Below are positions 48,051-56,713 of a DNA stretch of 63,849 nt, one piece after another. Source of the stretch: an uncultured Hyphomicrobiales bacterium (GTDB taxonomy: Bacteria > Pseudomonadota > Alphaproteobacteria > Rhizobiales > Hyphomicrobiaceae); assembly GCA_902826255.1 (NCBI GenBank), contig CADEEC010000001.1, positions 1 to 63,849 on the forward strand. Reading direction: 5' to 3'. A program made the translations under genes and the position numbers. Numbering within the stretch: position 1 is the stretch's first letter; the number at the start of each line of letters is the position of its first letter. The notes below the pieces were generated by a model. That model was not told where the DNA came from. It did no database searches and saw only the letters and a list, made by a program, of their open reading frames with translations.

Positions 48051-48972
48051 CGCGCACCAGCCTCGCGAGACCCGCGATGAACAGCGGGTGCGTGCCGACC
48101 GTGGGCACACGGATATAGCTCGGCACGCCGACCTTTTCGGCGAGATGACGGTATTCGATGTCGAGCTCGACCAGCGTCTCGGAATGCTCCGACACGAAGG
48201 ACAGCGGATAAAGCACGACCGAAACCTTGTCCGCGCCGGCGCGTGCGATCTCGGCATCGGTCGACGGACCGATCCATTTCAAGGGGCCGACACGACTTTG
48301 ATAGCAGACCGACCAGTCGAGGCCGCCCACGGCATGGGCGATGGCCCTGGCTGTCTGCTCGACCTGGCCTTGATAGGGATCGCCCGCCTTGATCACGCGC
48401 TCCGGCAGCCCATGCGCCGAGAACAGCACGCGGCGAGGCGTGTTGCCGACCTGGGCAAGGCCTTCCTGCAGCAATGCGACGGAAGCCGCGATGAAACCCG
48501 GCTCGGTCGGATAGTCCTTCACGATCTTGACCGGCACCTTGAACGTCGCTGTGTCGTGCCACGCCTTGAACGACGATTCCGTTGTCGCGGTCGAGAACTG
48601 GGGATAGAGCGGCAGCAGCACGATACGGTCGGGCTTGAAGCGCTCGACCGAGCGTACGACGGCCTCGGTCATGGGATGCCAATAGCGCATGCAGACATAG
48701 CCACGCCATTCGTGCTCTCCACCCAGTGCCTCTTCGAGCGCGCGGGCCTGAGCCTCGGTTTGACCGACGATGGGCGATGAGCCGCCGATCTTGTCGTAGA
48801 TCGCCCGCGCGGTCGGGGCGCGTCGACGCGCCAGAAAGCTCGCCAAAGGACCGCGAACGAAACCGGGCACGCGCAGGATCGCGGGATCGCCGAACAGGTT
48901 GCGCAGGAACGGCTGCACGGCTTCCAGCGAATCGGGCCCGCCGAGATTGAACAGGATGATCGCGATCTTCAC
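48040..48972 (-). CDS. hemH: ferrochelatase
   Basis: GTG 48972 after GAGGGGGA. ILFNLGGPDSLEAVQPFLRNLF, LLPLYPQFS, FSAHGLPE and SFVSEHSETL motifs. Confidence 0.94.
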   Translation of the reverse strand: MKIAIILFNLGGPDSLEAVQPFLRNLFGDPAILRVPGFVRGPLASFLARRRAPTARAIYDKIGGSSPIVGQTEAQARALEEALGGEHEWRGYVCMRYWHPMTEAVVRSVERFKPDRIVLLPLYPQFSTATTESSFKAWHDTATFKVPVKIVKDYPTEPGFIAASVALLQEGLAQVGNTPRRVLFSAHGLPERVIKAGDPYQGQVEQTARAIAHAVGGLDWSVCYQSRVGPLKWIGPSTDAEIARAGADKVSVVLYPLSFVSEHSETLVELDIEYRHLAEKVGVPSYIRVPTVGTHPLFIAGLARLVRDAL

Positions 48973-48982
48973 GTCGTCCCCC

Positions 48983-50026
48983 TCATGAGCTGGGGGGCTT
49001 CCAGTTGCGCACGATATCGACCAGCTGGGCGACATTCTCGGGCGGCGTCTGCGGCACGACGCCATGGCCGAGATTGAACACGAAAGGACCGTTGCCGAGC
49101 TTGTCGAGGATGCGGGTGGCCTCGCGCTCGAGCGCCGCCCCGCCGGCGACCAGCATCAAGGGATCGAGATTGCCCTGCAGGCAGATATGCGGCTGCAGCT
49201 CGCGCGCTGCCCAATGGGCGCCGATACCGGTGTCGATCGAAAGAGCGGCAAAGGCATCATTGCGCCGATACATCAGGGTCGCCGGTCCCACGGCGCGCGG
49301 AAAGGCGATGATCGGCGTCCTGGGATGGCGCGCGTGCACGGCATGGGCGATGCGCACCATGGGCTCGAGCGACCAGCCGAACAGCTGTTCCTCGGGCAGG
49401 ACTCCAGCCCACGAATCGAACAGCTGCACCGCATCGACGCCGGCGTCGATCTGGTTGACGAGGTGGTCGACGACCGCATCGACAAGAAGATCTATCAGCA
49501 GGCCGAACGAATCGGGATGGCGATAGGCCCAGCTTTTCACCTTGGCGAAGTCGCGGCTGCCGCCGCCCTCGATCATGTAGCAGGCAAGCGTGAAAGGTGC
49601 GCCGGCGAAGCCCAGCAGCGCCGTCTCGGGCTGCAGCTCGGCCCGGGTTCGGCGGATCGCTTCGTAGACCGGCGCCAGCTTCTCGGGCAGGCGGGCCCTG
49701 GTCAGGCGAGCGAAATCGGCCGGTTCGGTCAGTGCCTCGAGCTTGGGCCCTTCGCCTTCCTCGAACCACACTCTCTGGCCGAGCGCGTCTGGCACGACCA
49801 GGATGTCGGAGAAGATAATCGCGGCATCGAGCCCGAAGCGGCGAACCGGCTGCAGGGTAACCTCGACCGCCTTGTCCGGCGTGTAGCAGAATTCGAGGAA
49901 CGAGCGGGTTGTCGCCCGGACCGCGCGATACTCCGGCAGATAGCGGCCGGCCTGGCGCATCAGCCAGATCGGCGGTGTCGGAAAGCGCGTCCCCGCCAGG
50001 GTCTTCAGGAACTTGGCCTCGCTCAA
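48983..50026 (-). CDS. hemE: uroporphyrinogen decarboxylase
   Basis: PIWLMRQAGRYLPEYR, IFSDILV, QLFDSWAG and FNLGHGV motifs. 347 aa. Confidence 0.96.
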   Translation of the reverse strand: MSEAKFLKTLAGTRFPTPPIWLMRQAGRYLPEYRAVRATTRSFLEFCYTPDKAVEVTLQPVRRFGLDAAIIFSDILVVPDALGQRVWFEEGEGPKLEALTEPADFARLTRARLPEKLAPVYEAIRRTRAELQPETALLGFAGAPFTLACYMIEGGGSRDFAKVKSWAYRHPDSFGLLIDLLVDAVVDHLVNQIDAGVDAVQLFDSWAGVLPEEQLFGWSLEPMVRIAHAVHARHPRTPIIAFPRAVGPATLMYRRNDAFAALSIDTGIGAHWAARELQPHICLQGNLDPLMLVAGGAALEREATRILDKLGNGPFVFNLGHGVVPQTPPENVAQLVDIVRNWKPPSS

Positions 50027-50349
50027 ACTCTCATCCTCATGCCTTCTCTCTTACTCTTTCATAATAGGTAGTAGGAGTAGTTGAGGGTGTGGCACATGGG
50101 GATGCGCCCTATTGGCAACCCTTCCCCAGGTCGCTGTGGACTGGGCAAGGTCGATTCGACGGGCTTTTACCGACGGATTCACGATTCGCAGGCCATTCTT
50201 TTCGGATTGTCCGCAAGGGATGAGGATCGGCATCGGCCGGGCGAGTCGTGTCCCGAATCGGTCGTACCGGGATTGGTGCACCGCCTGTCCCCGTCTTCCC
50301 ATGAGCAATCCTGCATTTCTCCCCGGCTCCCTGTGGGGTAAAAAAGACC

Positions 50350-51186
50350 GTGGCCAACCGGAACTTCCACGTCCATCTCGTCTCCGACTCGACCGGTGAA
50401 ACGGTATCGAGCGTGGCGCGCGCCTGCCTTGTGCAATACGAGGGCGTGTTCGTGCAGGAGCATGTCTGGTCGCTCGTGCGCACCAAGGGCCAGATGGACA
50501 AGGTCATGCAGGCGGTCGAGCGCGACCGCGGTCCGGTGCTCTACACGCTGGTCGATCCCGAGTTGCGCGATCTGGTGCGCGATCACTGCCGGCGCCTGCA
50601 ATTGCCCTGCGTCGGCGTGCTCGACCAGGCGATGAGCGTGCTGGCCGTCCACTTCCATTCCAAGAGCGAGCAGTGGCCGGGCCGCCAGCACCAGCTCGAC
50701 GAAGGTTACTTCGACCGCATCGACGCCATGCATTACACGCTGGCGCATGATGACGGCCAGTCGACGCACGACCTCGAAGATGCCGACGTCATCCTGGTTG
50801 GCCCGTCGCGCACCTCCAAGACACCGACTTGCGTCTACCTTGCGAACCGCGGCGTGCGCGCCGCCAATGTGCCGCTGGTGCCGTTGGTCGATCCGCCCCC
50901 GGCGCTCGAGGCGGCCAAGCGGCCCTTGATCGTCGGCCTGGTCACCGATCCCGAGCGGCTGGTGCAGATCCGCGTCAATCGCATGCGGCTTCTGCAGCAG
51001 AACACCGAGACCGACTACACGGACATGGACAACGTGCAGCGCGAGATCCAGGAAGCGCGCCGCCTGTACGCCCGCCGCAAGTGGGTGACCATCGATGTCA
51101 CGCGTCGGTCGATCGAGGAGACGGCGGCGGCAATCCTGCAGATGCTGGCGGTGCGCCGCGAGCAGCGGCTGCAGGCGACTGAATAG
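50350..51186 (+). CDS. ppsR: PEP synthase / pyruvate phosphate dikinase regulatory kinase-pyrophosphorylase (DUF299)
   Basis: FHVHLVSDSTGET opening and P-loop-like ILVGPSRTSKTPT. GTG start. Divergent from hemE, as in many alphaproteobacteria. Confidence 0.88.
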   Translation: MANRNFHVHLVSDSTGETVSSVARACLVQYEGVFVQEHVWSLVRTKGQMDKVMQAVERDRGPVLYTLVDPELRDLVRDHCRRLQLPCVGVLDQAMSVLAVHFHSKSEQWPGRQHQLDEGYFDRIDAMHYTLAHDDGQSTHDLEDADVILVGPSRTSKTPTCVYLANRGVRAANVPLVPLVDPPPALEAAKRPLIVGLVTDPERLVQIRVNRMRLLQQNTETDYTDMDNVQREIQEARRLYARRKWVTIDVTRRSIEETAAAILQMLAVRREQRLQATE

Positions 51187-51212
51187 GCATCGAGATGGCA
51201 AGGGAGGCGATC

Positions 51213-51632
51213 ATGCGTATTCGTCATCCTCGTAATGGCATTGCAGTTGGTCTGATTCTTGCTGTTTCTTCGGCACTTGCTGCGAATGGCATCGACGTCA
51301 CACGCGGTCAGGACTCGATGCTGTTCGGCAACTGCGTGCCGAGCCTCGTGGTCGAGAACAACTCGATGGAGATCATCGATTATCTGCAGGTCGACGTCGC
51401 GGTTGCCCTGGAGAACGGCCAGGAGCGTGTCGTCGAGCTGAAATCGGCATACCGGGAAGGTGTGCTGCATCCAATCGGGGTCGGAGGGAAGGCAGTCTTG
51501 CAACAACATCTCGATACATCCAAGGCGCTGGGCGTGGGCTGTGGCGACCTGAAGACGCGCCGTGTCGTGCGCACCATTTGCGAAGCCGAAGGCGGCACGT
51601 CGTGCGCTTCGTCGGTGTCGGTGCAGCCATGA
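51213..51632 (+). CDS. small exported Cys-containing hypothetical protein (139 aa)
   Basis: AGGGAGG RBS 5 nt before ATG 51213. Signal peptide GIAVGLILAVSSALAANG. Four Cys in the mature part. Stop overlaps the next start (ATGA). Confidence 0.55.
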   Translation: MRIRHPRNGIAVGLILAVSSALAANGIDVTRGQDSMLFGNCVPSLVVENNSMEIIDYLQVDVAVALENGQERVVELKSAYREGVLHPIGVGGKAVLQQHLDTSKALGVGCGDLKTRRVVRTICEAEGGTSCASSVSVQP

Positions 51633-52597
51633 TCCGCAGGCGCACTCTCGTCGGCGCTGCCGGCGCTTCGCTGCTGGCTGCCCCGGCTCTCGGGCAAGGA
51701 GCGTTTCCCAACAAGCCGCTCAAGGTGGTCGTGCCCTATCCGCCCGGCGGCGGCACCGATGGCCTTGGCCGCATCACCTGCCAGTTCCTGTCGGAGAAGC
51801 TCGGCCAGCCGATCGTGGTCCAGAATATCGGCGGTGCATCGGGCACGGTCGGCTCGGACACGATCAAGCGGGCCGATCCCGACGGCTACTCGCTGCTGTT
51901 CAATGCCAGCCTGTTCGTGCTGGGCAAGGCGGTGGTGCCGACTTGCCCATACGATCCGGTGACCGATTTCCGCGCGATCGCCCAGGCGGGCGAGGCGCCG
52001 CTGGTGCTGCTCTGTGCCAACAACGTGCCCGGTACCGACTACGCCAGCACGATGGCGGAGATCAGGAAGGAGCCCAAGAAGTACTTCTTCGCGTTGTCGT
52101 CCGGCGGCTCGGCCGGTCACATCGCCACCCTGGCCTTCTTGAAGAAGACCGGCCTGCCGCTCGACACCATCCTCTACAAGGGCACGGCACCGGCCAATGC
52201 CGACATCGTGGCGGGCAACGTCCAGCTCTTCATGGATCCGTGGACCGCGCTGCTGCCGCTCGCCACCTCGGGCCGCGCGCGCGGCCTGTTCGTGACTTCG
52301 AAGGAGCGCACCAAGCTTGCGCCCAACATCCCGACTTCCGACGAGGTCGGCCTGAAGGACTTCAACATTAGCTCCTGGTACGGGCTTTGGGCGCCCAAGG
52401 ACACGCCCGATCCCATCGTCGACAGGCTCGCCAGCGCCATGGCGGAAGTTTCCAAGGACCCGGGCTTCCTCGAGAAAACCACGTCGCTCGGCATCGTGCC
52501 GACGGCGCGCGGCCCGAAGGATTTCACCGCCTTCATCAAGAGCGAAGTCGACGTGAACACCGCGCTGTTGAAGGAGTCGGGATTCAAGCCGGAATAG
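51629..52597 (+). CDS. Bug/TctC family tripartite tricarboxylate transporter substrate-binding protein
   Basis: Trimmed to ATG 51629. Tat-like RRRTLVGAAGASLLAAPALGQ, then FPNKPLKVVVPYPPGGGTDGLGR signature. Confidence 0.9.
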   Translation: MIRRRTLVGAAGASLLAAPALGQGAFPNKPLKVVVPYPPGGGTDGLGRITCQFLSEKLGQPIVVQNIGGASGTVGSDTIKRADPDGYSLLFNASLFVLGKAVVPTCPYDPVTDFRAIAQAGEAPLVLLCANNVPGTDYASTMAEIRKEPKKYFFALSSGGSAGHIATLAFLKKTGLPLDTILYKGTAPANADIVAGNVQLFMDPWTALLPLATSGRARGLFVTSKERTKLAPNIPTSDEVGLKDFNISSWYGLWAPKDTPDPIVDRLASAMAEVSKDPGFLEKTTSLGIVPTARGPKDFTAFIKSEVDVNTALLKESGFKPE

Positions 52598-52624
52598 TCT
52601 TCCGACGGCCTCGCGCCTCCAAGA

Positions 52625-55417
52625 CTACTCTGCAGCCTTCGGCATCGGTTCGAACCTCGCGTCGAAGTCGCGGATCGATTTCTCGACGGTGTCGGCGACC
52701 TGCTTCAGCTTGTCCTGGTTCACGACCTTCAGGCCGAACAGGTCCTTGACGTAGAACACGTCGACGGCGCGTTCGCCGTAGGTGGTGATGTGGGCCGAGG
52801 CGACCTGCAGGCTCATGCGGGTCAGCGCACGGGTCACCACGTGCAGGAAGCCCGGCCGGTCGCGGCCGTTGACCTCAATCACGGTGAACGTGTCCGACGC
52901 ATTGTTGTCGATCAGCACGCGCGGCTCGACGGTGAAGACGCGGTCGCGCTTCGGATACGAAGCGCGCTGGCTGTCGAGCTCGCGCTGTATGTCGAGCCGG
53001 TTGCTGAGTGCAATTTCCACTCGCGCTGCCAGGCGCGCCAGACGCTGCGGGCCGTCGAACGGCTTGCCCTCGAGGTCCTGGATCCAGAAGGTGTCGAGCG
53101 CCATGCCGTTGGCCAGGGTGAAGATCTTGGCGTCGACGATGTTGGCGCCGCTGATCGCCATCGCGCCGGCCAGCCGCGCGAACAGGCCGTGCGTGTCGAG
53201 GGTGTAGATCGTGACCTCGGTGACCGAGCGCTCGCCGTCGATGCGGTGCTCTATGGCGAGGGGCTGCTTCTCGCGCTCGGCCCGCCGCACCAGCTCGGCC
53301 TGACGCGCCAGCGTGTCGGGGTCGAAGGACAGCCAGTAGGGCGCATAGCCCCGGGCAAAATGCTCCTCGCGTTCGGCCTCGCTCCAGCTCGTCAGCCGCT
53401 TGGTCACCTCGGCCTGGATCTGCTTGATCCGTTCGGCTCGGCCGCCGGACAGCGTGCCGCCCGACAGCACCTGCTCGGTGGCGTAGTAGAGCTGGCGCAG
53501 CAAAGCTGCCTTCCAGCCGTTCCACACGTTGGGTCCGACCGCGCGGATGTCGCAGACCGTCAGCACCAGCAGGAGACGCAGCCGTTCAGGCGATTGCACC
53601 AGCGCGGCGAAGGTTTCGATTGTCTTGGGATCCATCAGGTCGCGCTGGAAGGCGGTGCCCGACATCGCGAGGTGGTAGCGCACCAGCCAGGACACAGTCT
53701 CGGTCTCGGCGGCGCTGAGCCCGAGCCGCGGCCCGAGCTGCATTGCCACGTCGGCGCCCAGCACCGAGTGATCGCCGCCGCGGCCCTTGGCGATGTCGTG
53801 CAGCAGCACGGCGAGATAAAGCACCGGCCGCGACAGGATCTTGTGCACCACTTCGGCCGACAACGGATGATCTTCCTTGAGCGTGCCGTTCTCGATGCGC
53901 GACAGGATGCCGATCGCCCGGATCGTGTGCTCGTCGACCGTGTAGGTGTGATACATGTCGTGCTGAGTCTGGGCCACGACACGACCGAAATCGGGAATGA
54001 AGCGGCCGAACACGCCGGCCTCGTTGAGGCGCCGAAGCGTCGTCTCCGGGTCGTGCTTGGACGTCATCATCTGCATGAACAGACGATTGGCCTCCGGGTC
54101 GGTGCGCAGCCGATCGACCAGGCGGATGTTCTGGGTGATCAGTCGCAACGTCGCGGGATGGATGTCGAGATCGTTCTCCTGCGCCACATGGAACAGGCGC
54201 AGGATCGCCACCGGATCCTTGGTGAAGGAATCGGACGAAACGACTGCCAGCCGCTCGCCGTCGAGGCGGAACCCTTCGAGCTCGCGCGGCCGCAGGCTCT
54301 GCCACAGGGCGGCGAGCTTGGGCTTGCGCCGGCGGCTGTCCTCGAGCGCGGCGATGAAGATGCGCGTGAGGTCGCCGACGATCTTGGCGTGCAGGTAATA
54401 GTGCTTGGTGAAGCGCTCGACGCCGCGGCTGCCCGGCCGGTCCTGGTAACCCAGCCGCGCGGCGATCTCGCGCTGCAACTCGAACGACAGGCGATCGTCG
54501 GCGCGGCCGGTGAGATAGTGGATATGGCAGCGCACCGTGGTGAAGAAGCGCTCGGCGCGCTCGAAGTGCCGCGCCTCTTCCTTGGTCAACACGCCCTTGG
54601 CCACCAGCTCGCTGGGCTCGTGGACGCGATAGAGATACTCGGCGATCCAGAACAGCAGATGCAGGTCGCGCAACCCGCCCTTGCCTTCCTTGACGTTCGG
54701 CTCGACGACATACCGTGAATCACCCATGCGCTGATGGCGCTGGTCGCGCTCGGCGAGCTTGGCCTCGACGAAGTCGCGGCCGTCGCCGGTCAGGAACTTC
54801 TGGGTGAAGCCCTTGGTCATCTCGTCGAACAGGTCGCGGTCGCCCCATACGTAGCGCGCTTCCAGGAGCGCGGTGCGGATGGTCTGGTCGCGCTCGGCGT
54901 AGCGCAGGCTTTCATCGACGGTGCGCGTGGCGTGGCCGACCTTGAGGCCGAGGTCCCACAGCAGGTAGAGCATGAACTCGACGATCTGCTCGCCGCGCGG
55001 CGTCTGCTTGTAGGGCCGCAGAAACAGCAGATCGATGTCCGACAGCGGCGCCAGCTCGCCGCGGCCGTAGCCGCCGGTCGCCACCACGCCCAGCCGCTCG
55101 GCGGCGCTGGGATTGGCGGCGGGATAGATGCGCTGGTCGGCGAAATCGAAGATCACGCGGATCAGCTGGTCCATCAGGAACGAGGTGGCGGCCAGCACCT
55201 GATCGCCGTCGTTGCGCAGGGGCCCGGGTTCCTCGAAGCGACGGCGGATCTCGGCCCGGCCGGTGGCCAGGGCGTCGCGGACCAGGGCGAGCACCGCCGG
55301 GCGCGGCGGCTCGGCCCCGGTCCGCAGGTCCTCGACCAGTTGGGTCAGGGCGTCCTCCAACGCGCGACGGCGCACGATGGCGCGGCGGTCGGGGATCTGG
55401 TCATAGGGCTTGGCCAT
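52625..55417 (-). CDS. glnD: [protein-PII] uridylyltransferase / uridylyl-removing enzyme
   Basis: Track ORF 52625..56227 trimmed to ATG 55417 (930 aa). Nucleotidyltransferase GGYGRGELAPLSDIDLLFL, HD domain LLHDIAKGRGGDHS, two C-terminal ACT domains. Confidence 0.95.
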   Translation of the reverse strand: MAKPYDQIPDRRAIVRRRALEDALTQLVEDLRTGAEPPRPAVLALVRDALATGRAEIRRRFEEPGPLRNDGDQVLAATSFLMDQLIRVIFDFADQRIYPAANPSAAERLGVVATGGYGRGELAPLSDIDLLFLRPYKQTPRGEQIVEFMLYLLWDLGLKVGHATRTVDESLRYAERDQTIRTALLEARYVWGDRDLFDEMTKGFTQKFLTGDGRDFVEAKLAERDQRHQRMGDSRYVVEPNVKEGKGGLRDLHLLFWIAEYLYRVHEPSELVAKGVLTKEEARHFERAERFFTTVRCHIHYLTGRADDRLSFELQREIAARLGYQDRPGSRGVERFTKHYYLHAKIVGDLTRIFIAALEDSRRRKPKLAALWQSLRPRELEGFRLDGERLAVVSSDSFTKDPVAILRLFHVAQENDLDIHPATLRLITQNIRLVDRLRTDPEANRLFMQMMTSKHDPETTLRRLNEAGVFGRFIPDFGRVVAQTQHDMYHTYTVDEHTIRAIGILSRIENGTLKEDHPLSAEVVHKILSRPVLYLAVLLHDIAKGRGGDHSVLGADVAMQLGPRLGLSAAETETVSWLVRYHLAMSGTAFQRDLMDPKTIETFAALVQSPERLRLLLVLTVCDIRAVGPNVWNGWKAALLRQLYYATEQVLSGGTLSGGRAERIKQIQAEVTKRLTSWSEAEREEHFARGYAPYWLSFDPDTLARQAELVRRAEREKQPLAIEHRIDGERSVTEVTIYTLDTHGLFARLAGAMAISGANIVDAKIFTLANGMALDTFWIQDLEGKPFDGPQRLARLAARVEIALSNRLDIQRELDSQRASYPKRDRVFTVEPRVLIDNNASDTFTVIEVNGRDRPGFLHVVTRALTRMSLQVASAHITTYGERAVDVFYVKDLFGLKVVNQDKLKQVADTVEKSIRDFDARFEPMPKAAE

Positions 55418-55462
55418 TTGCGGCGCGATACTACAGGCTACGGGTCGCCTAAAATAGGGATC

Positions 55463-56356
55463 ATGGCCCGCCCGTTCACCCTCGCCGTCTTCACCAAGAA
55501 CCGCATCAATCCAGCCTATGCTGCGGCCCGCCTGGCTGCCGACCGGGTCGCCGCCGAAGCCGGCGCGCGGACCCTGCACTTCGTGCCGACGACGCCCGAC
55601 GACGTCGGCCAGCAGAAAGCCCTGGTCGGCGAGGCACTTGCCGCCGCACCGGACGCCGTGGTCTTCGTGCCGGTCGACGACAAGAAGATGCAACCCGACC
55701 TGGAGCGCTTCGCCGAGGCCGGCGTGCCCGTCGTGACCTGCATCAATCGCATGGAGGGCAAGGTCGTGTGCTTCGTCGGCTCCGACGATGTCGGCGTCGG
55801 CCGCACCGCGGCCAAGGCCTTGTTGACAGCCCTGGACGGAAGGGGCCGCATCGTCGCCATCGAGGGCACGCCGGCCGCCCCGACCAGCCGCGACCGCACC
55901 GTTGGCCTGCACGAAGCCCTGGCCGAGGCGCCGGGCGTGCAGCTCGTCGGCATGGGTGTCGGCTATTTCCAGCAGGCGCCGGCGCGCGAGGCCATGGCGC
56001 GGATGCTGGTCGACCATGGCGCGATCGACGGCGTGTGGACCTCGAACGACGTCATGGCCTTCGGTGCGCTCGAAGCGCTGGCGGCAGCCGGCCGTACAGC
56101 CAAGGTCGTGGGAGTCAACGGCTTGCCCGAGGCGATCGAGAACATCGAGCGCGGCACGATGCTGGCCACCGTCGACTTCAGCGCCTTCAATATCGCCGGC
56201 ATTGCCGCTCACGCCGCCCTCCGGCACCTGCGCGGCGAGCCAGTGCCGCCGTCGATCATGGTGCCGGCGGCATTGATCGATCGCACGAACTTCCAGCGGT
56301 GGAAGGTGCCCTTCGCCTTGCGGCCGACGCCGACGTGGGAAGAGGCCGCGGCTTAG
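55463..56356 (+). CDS. periplasmic-binding-protein type I (sugar-binding/LacI-core-like) domain protein without signal peptide or HTH
   Basis: Track ORF trimmed to ATG 55463. FVGSDDVGVGRTAAKAL, GTPAAPTSRDRTVG and SNDVMAFGALEAL resemble RbsB/LacI ligand-binding cores. The N-terminus MARPFTLAVFTKN is not a leader peptide. Confidence 0.72.
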   Translation: MARPFTLAVFTKNRINPAYAAARLAADRVAAEAGARTLHFVPTTPDDVGQQKALVGEALAAAPDAVVFVPVDDKKMQPDLERFAEAGVPVVTCINRMEGKVVCFVGSDDVGVGRTAAKALLTALDGRGRIVAIEGTPAAPTSRDRTVGLHEALAEAPGVQLVGMGVGYFQQAPAREAMARMLVDHGAIDGVWTSNDVMAFGALEALAAAGRTAKVVGVNGLPEAIENIERGTMLATVDFSAFNIAGIAAHAALRHLRGEPVPPSIMVPAALIDRTNFQRWKVPFALRPTPTWEEAAA

Positions 56357-56371
56357 CGTATTTTGGCGGAC

Positions 56372-56713
56372 ATGCGCGCAAGGCTTCTTTCGATCGGCTT
56401 GGCAGTGTTGCTTGGCGCCGCCACCGCTGCGGCCCAGACGAGGCCTGCGCCGCCGCCGCCCGCGGCCAGCCTCATCGACATCAACAGCGCCAGCCGTGAC
56501 GACCTCATGTCGCTGGAAGGTATCGGCGAGGTGCGCGCCGACGCCATCATTCGCGCGCGGCCGTTCAAGGCCAAGACCGATCTGGTCGAGCGCCGCCTGA
56601 TACCCGAAGCGCTGTACGACAAGATCGCCGACAAGGTCGTTGCGCGGCCGCCGCCCGGGGCGACGCCGACGCCGACAACCCGTCCGCCGGCCGGCCAGCC
56701 GCGCCGCAGCTGA
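56372..56713 (+). CDS. ComEA-like helix-hairpin-helix DNA-binding protein, exported
   Basis: Signal peptide LLSIGLAVLLGAATAAAQ. HhH motif DINSASRDDLMSLEGIGEVRADAII. The track start at 56363 is TTG. Stop overlaps the mnmE start. Confidence 0.75.
   Translation: MRARLLSIGLAVLLGAATAAAQTRPAPPPPAASLIDINSASRDDLMSLEGIGEVRADAIIRARPFKAKTDLVERRLIPEALYDKIADKVVARPPPGATPTPTTRPPAGQPRRS

Noticed and set aside
50051-50399. Three 85-95-aa ORFs in the hemE/ppsR intergenic gap
   Set aside because: They are mutually overlapping in different frames, with no RBS, mixed third-position composition and no motifs.
52790-55462. Plus-strand ORFs 52790..54718 (642 aa) and the first 243 codons of 54734..56356
   Set aside because: These are antisense to glnD. 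Only the part of the second ORF from ATG 55463 onward has protein-like sequence.
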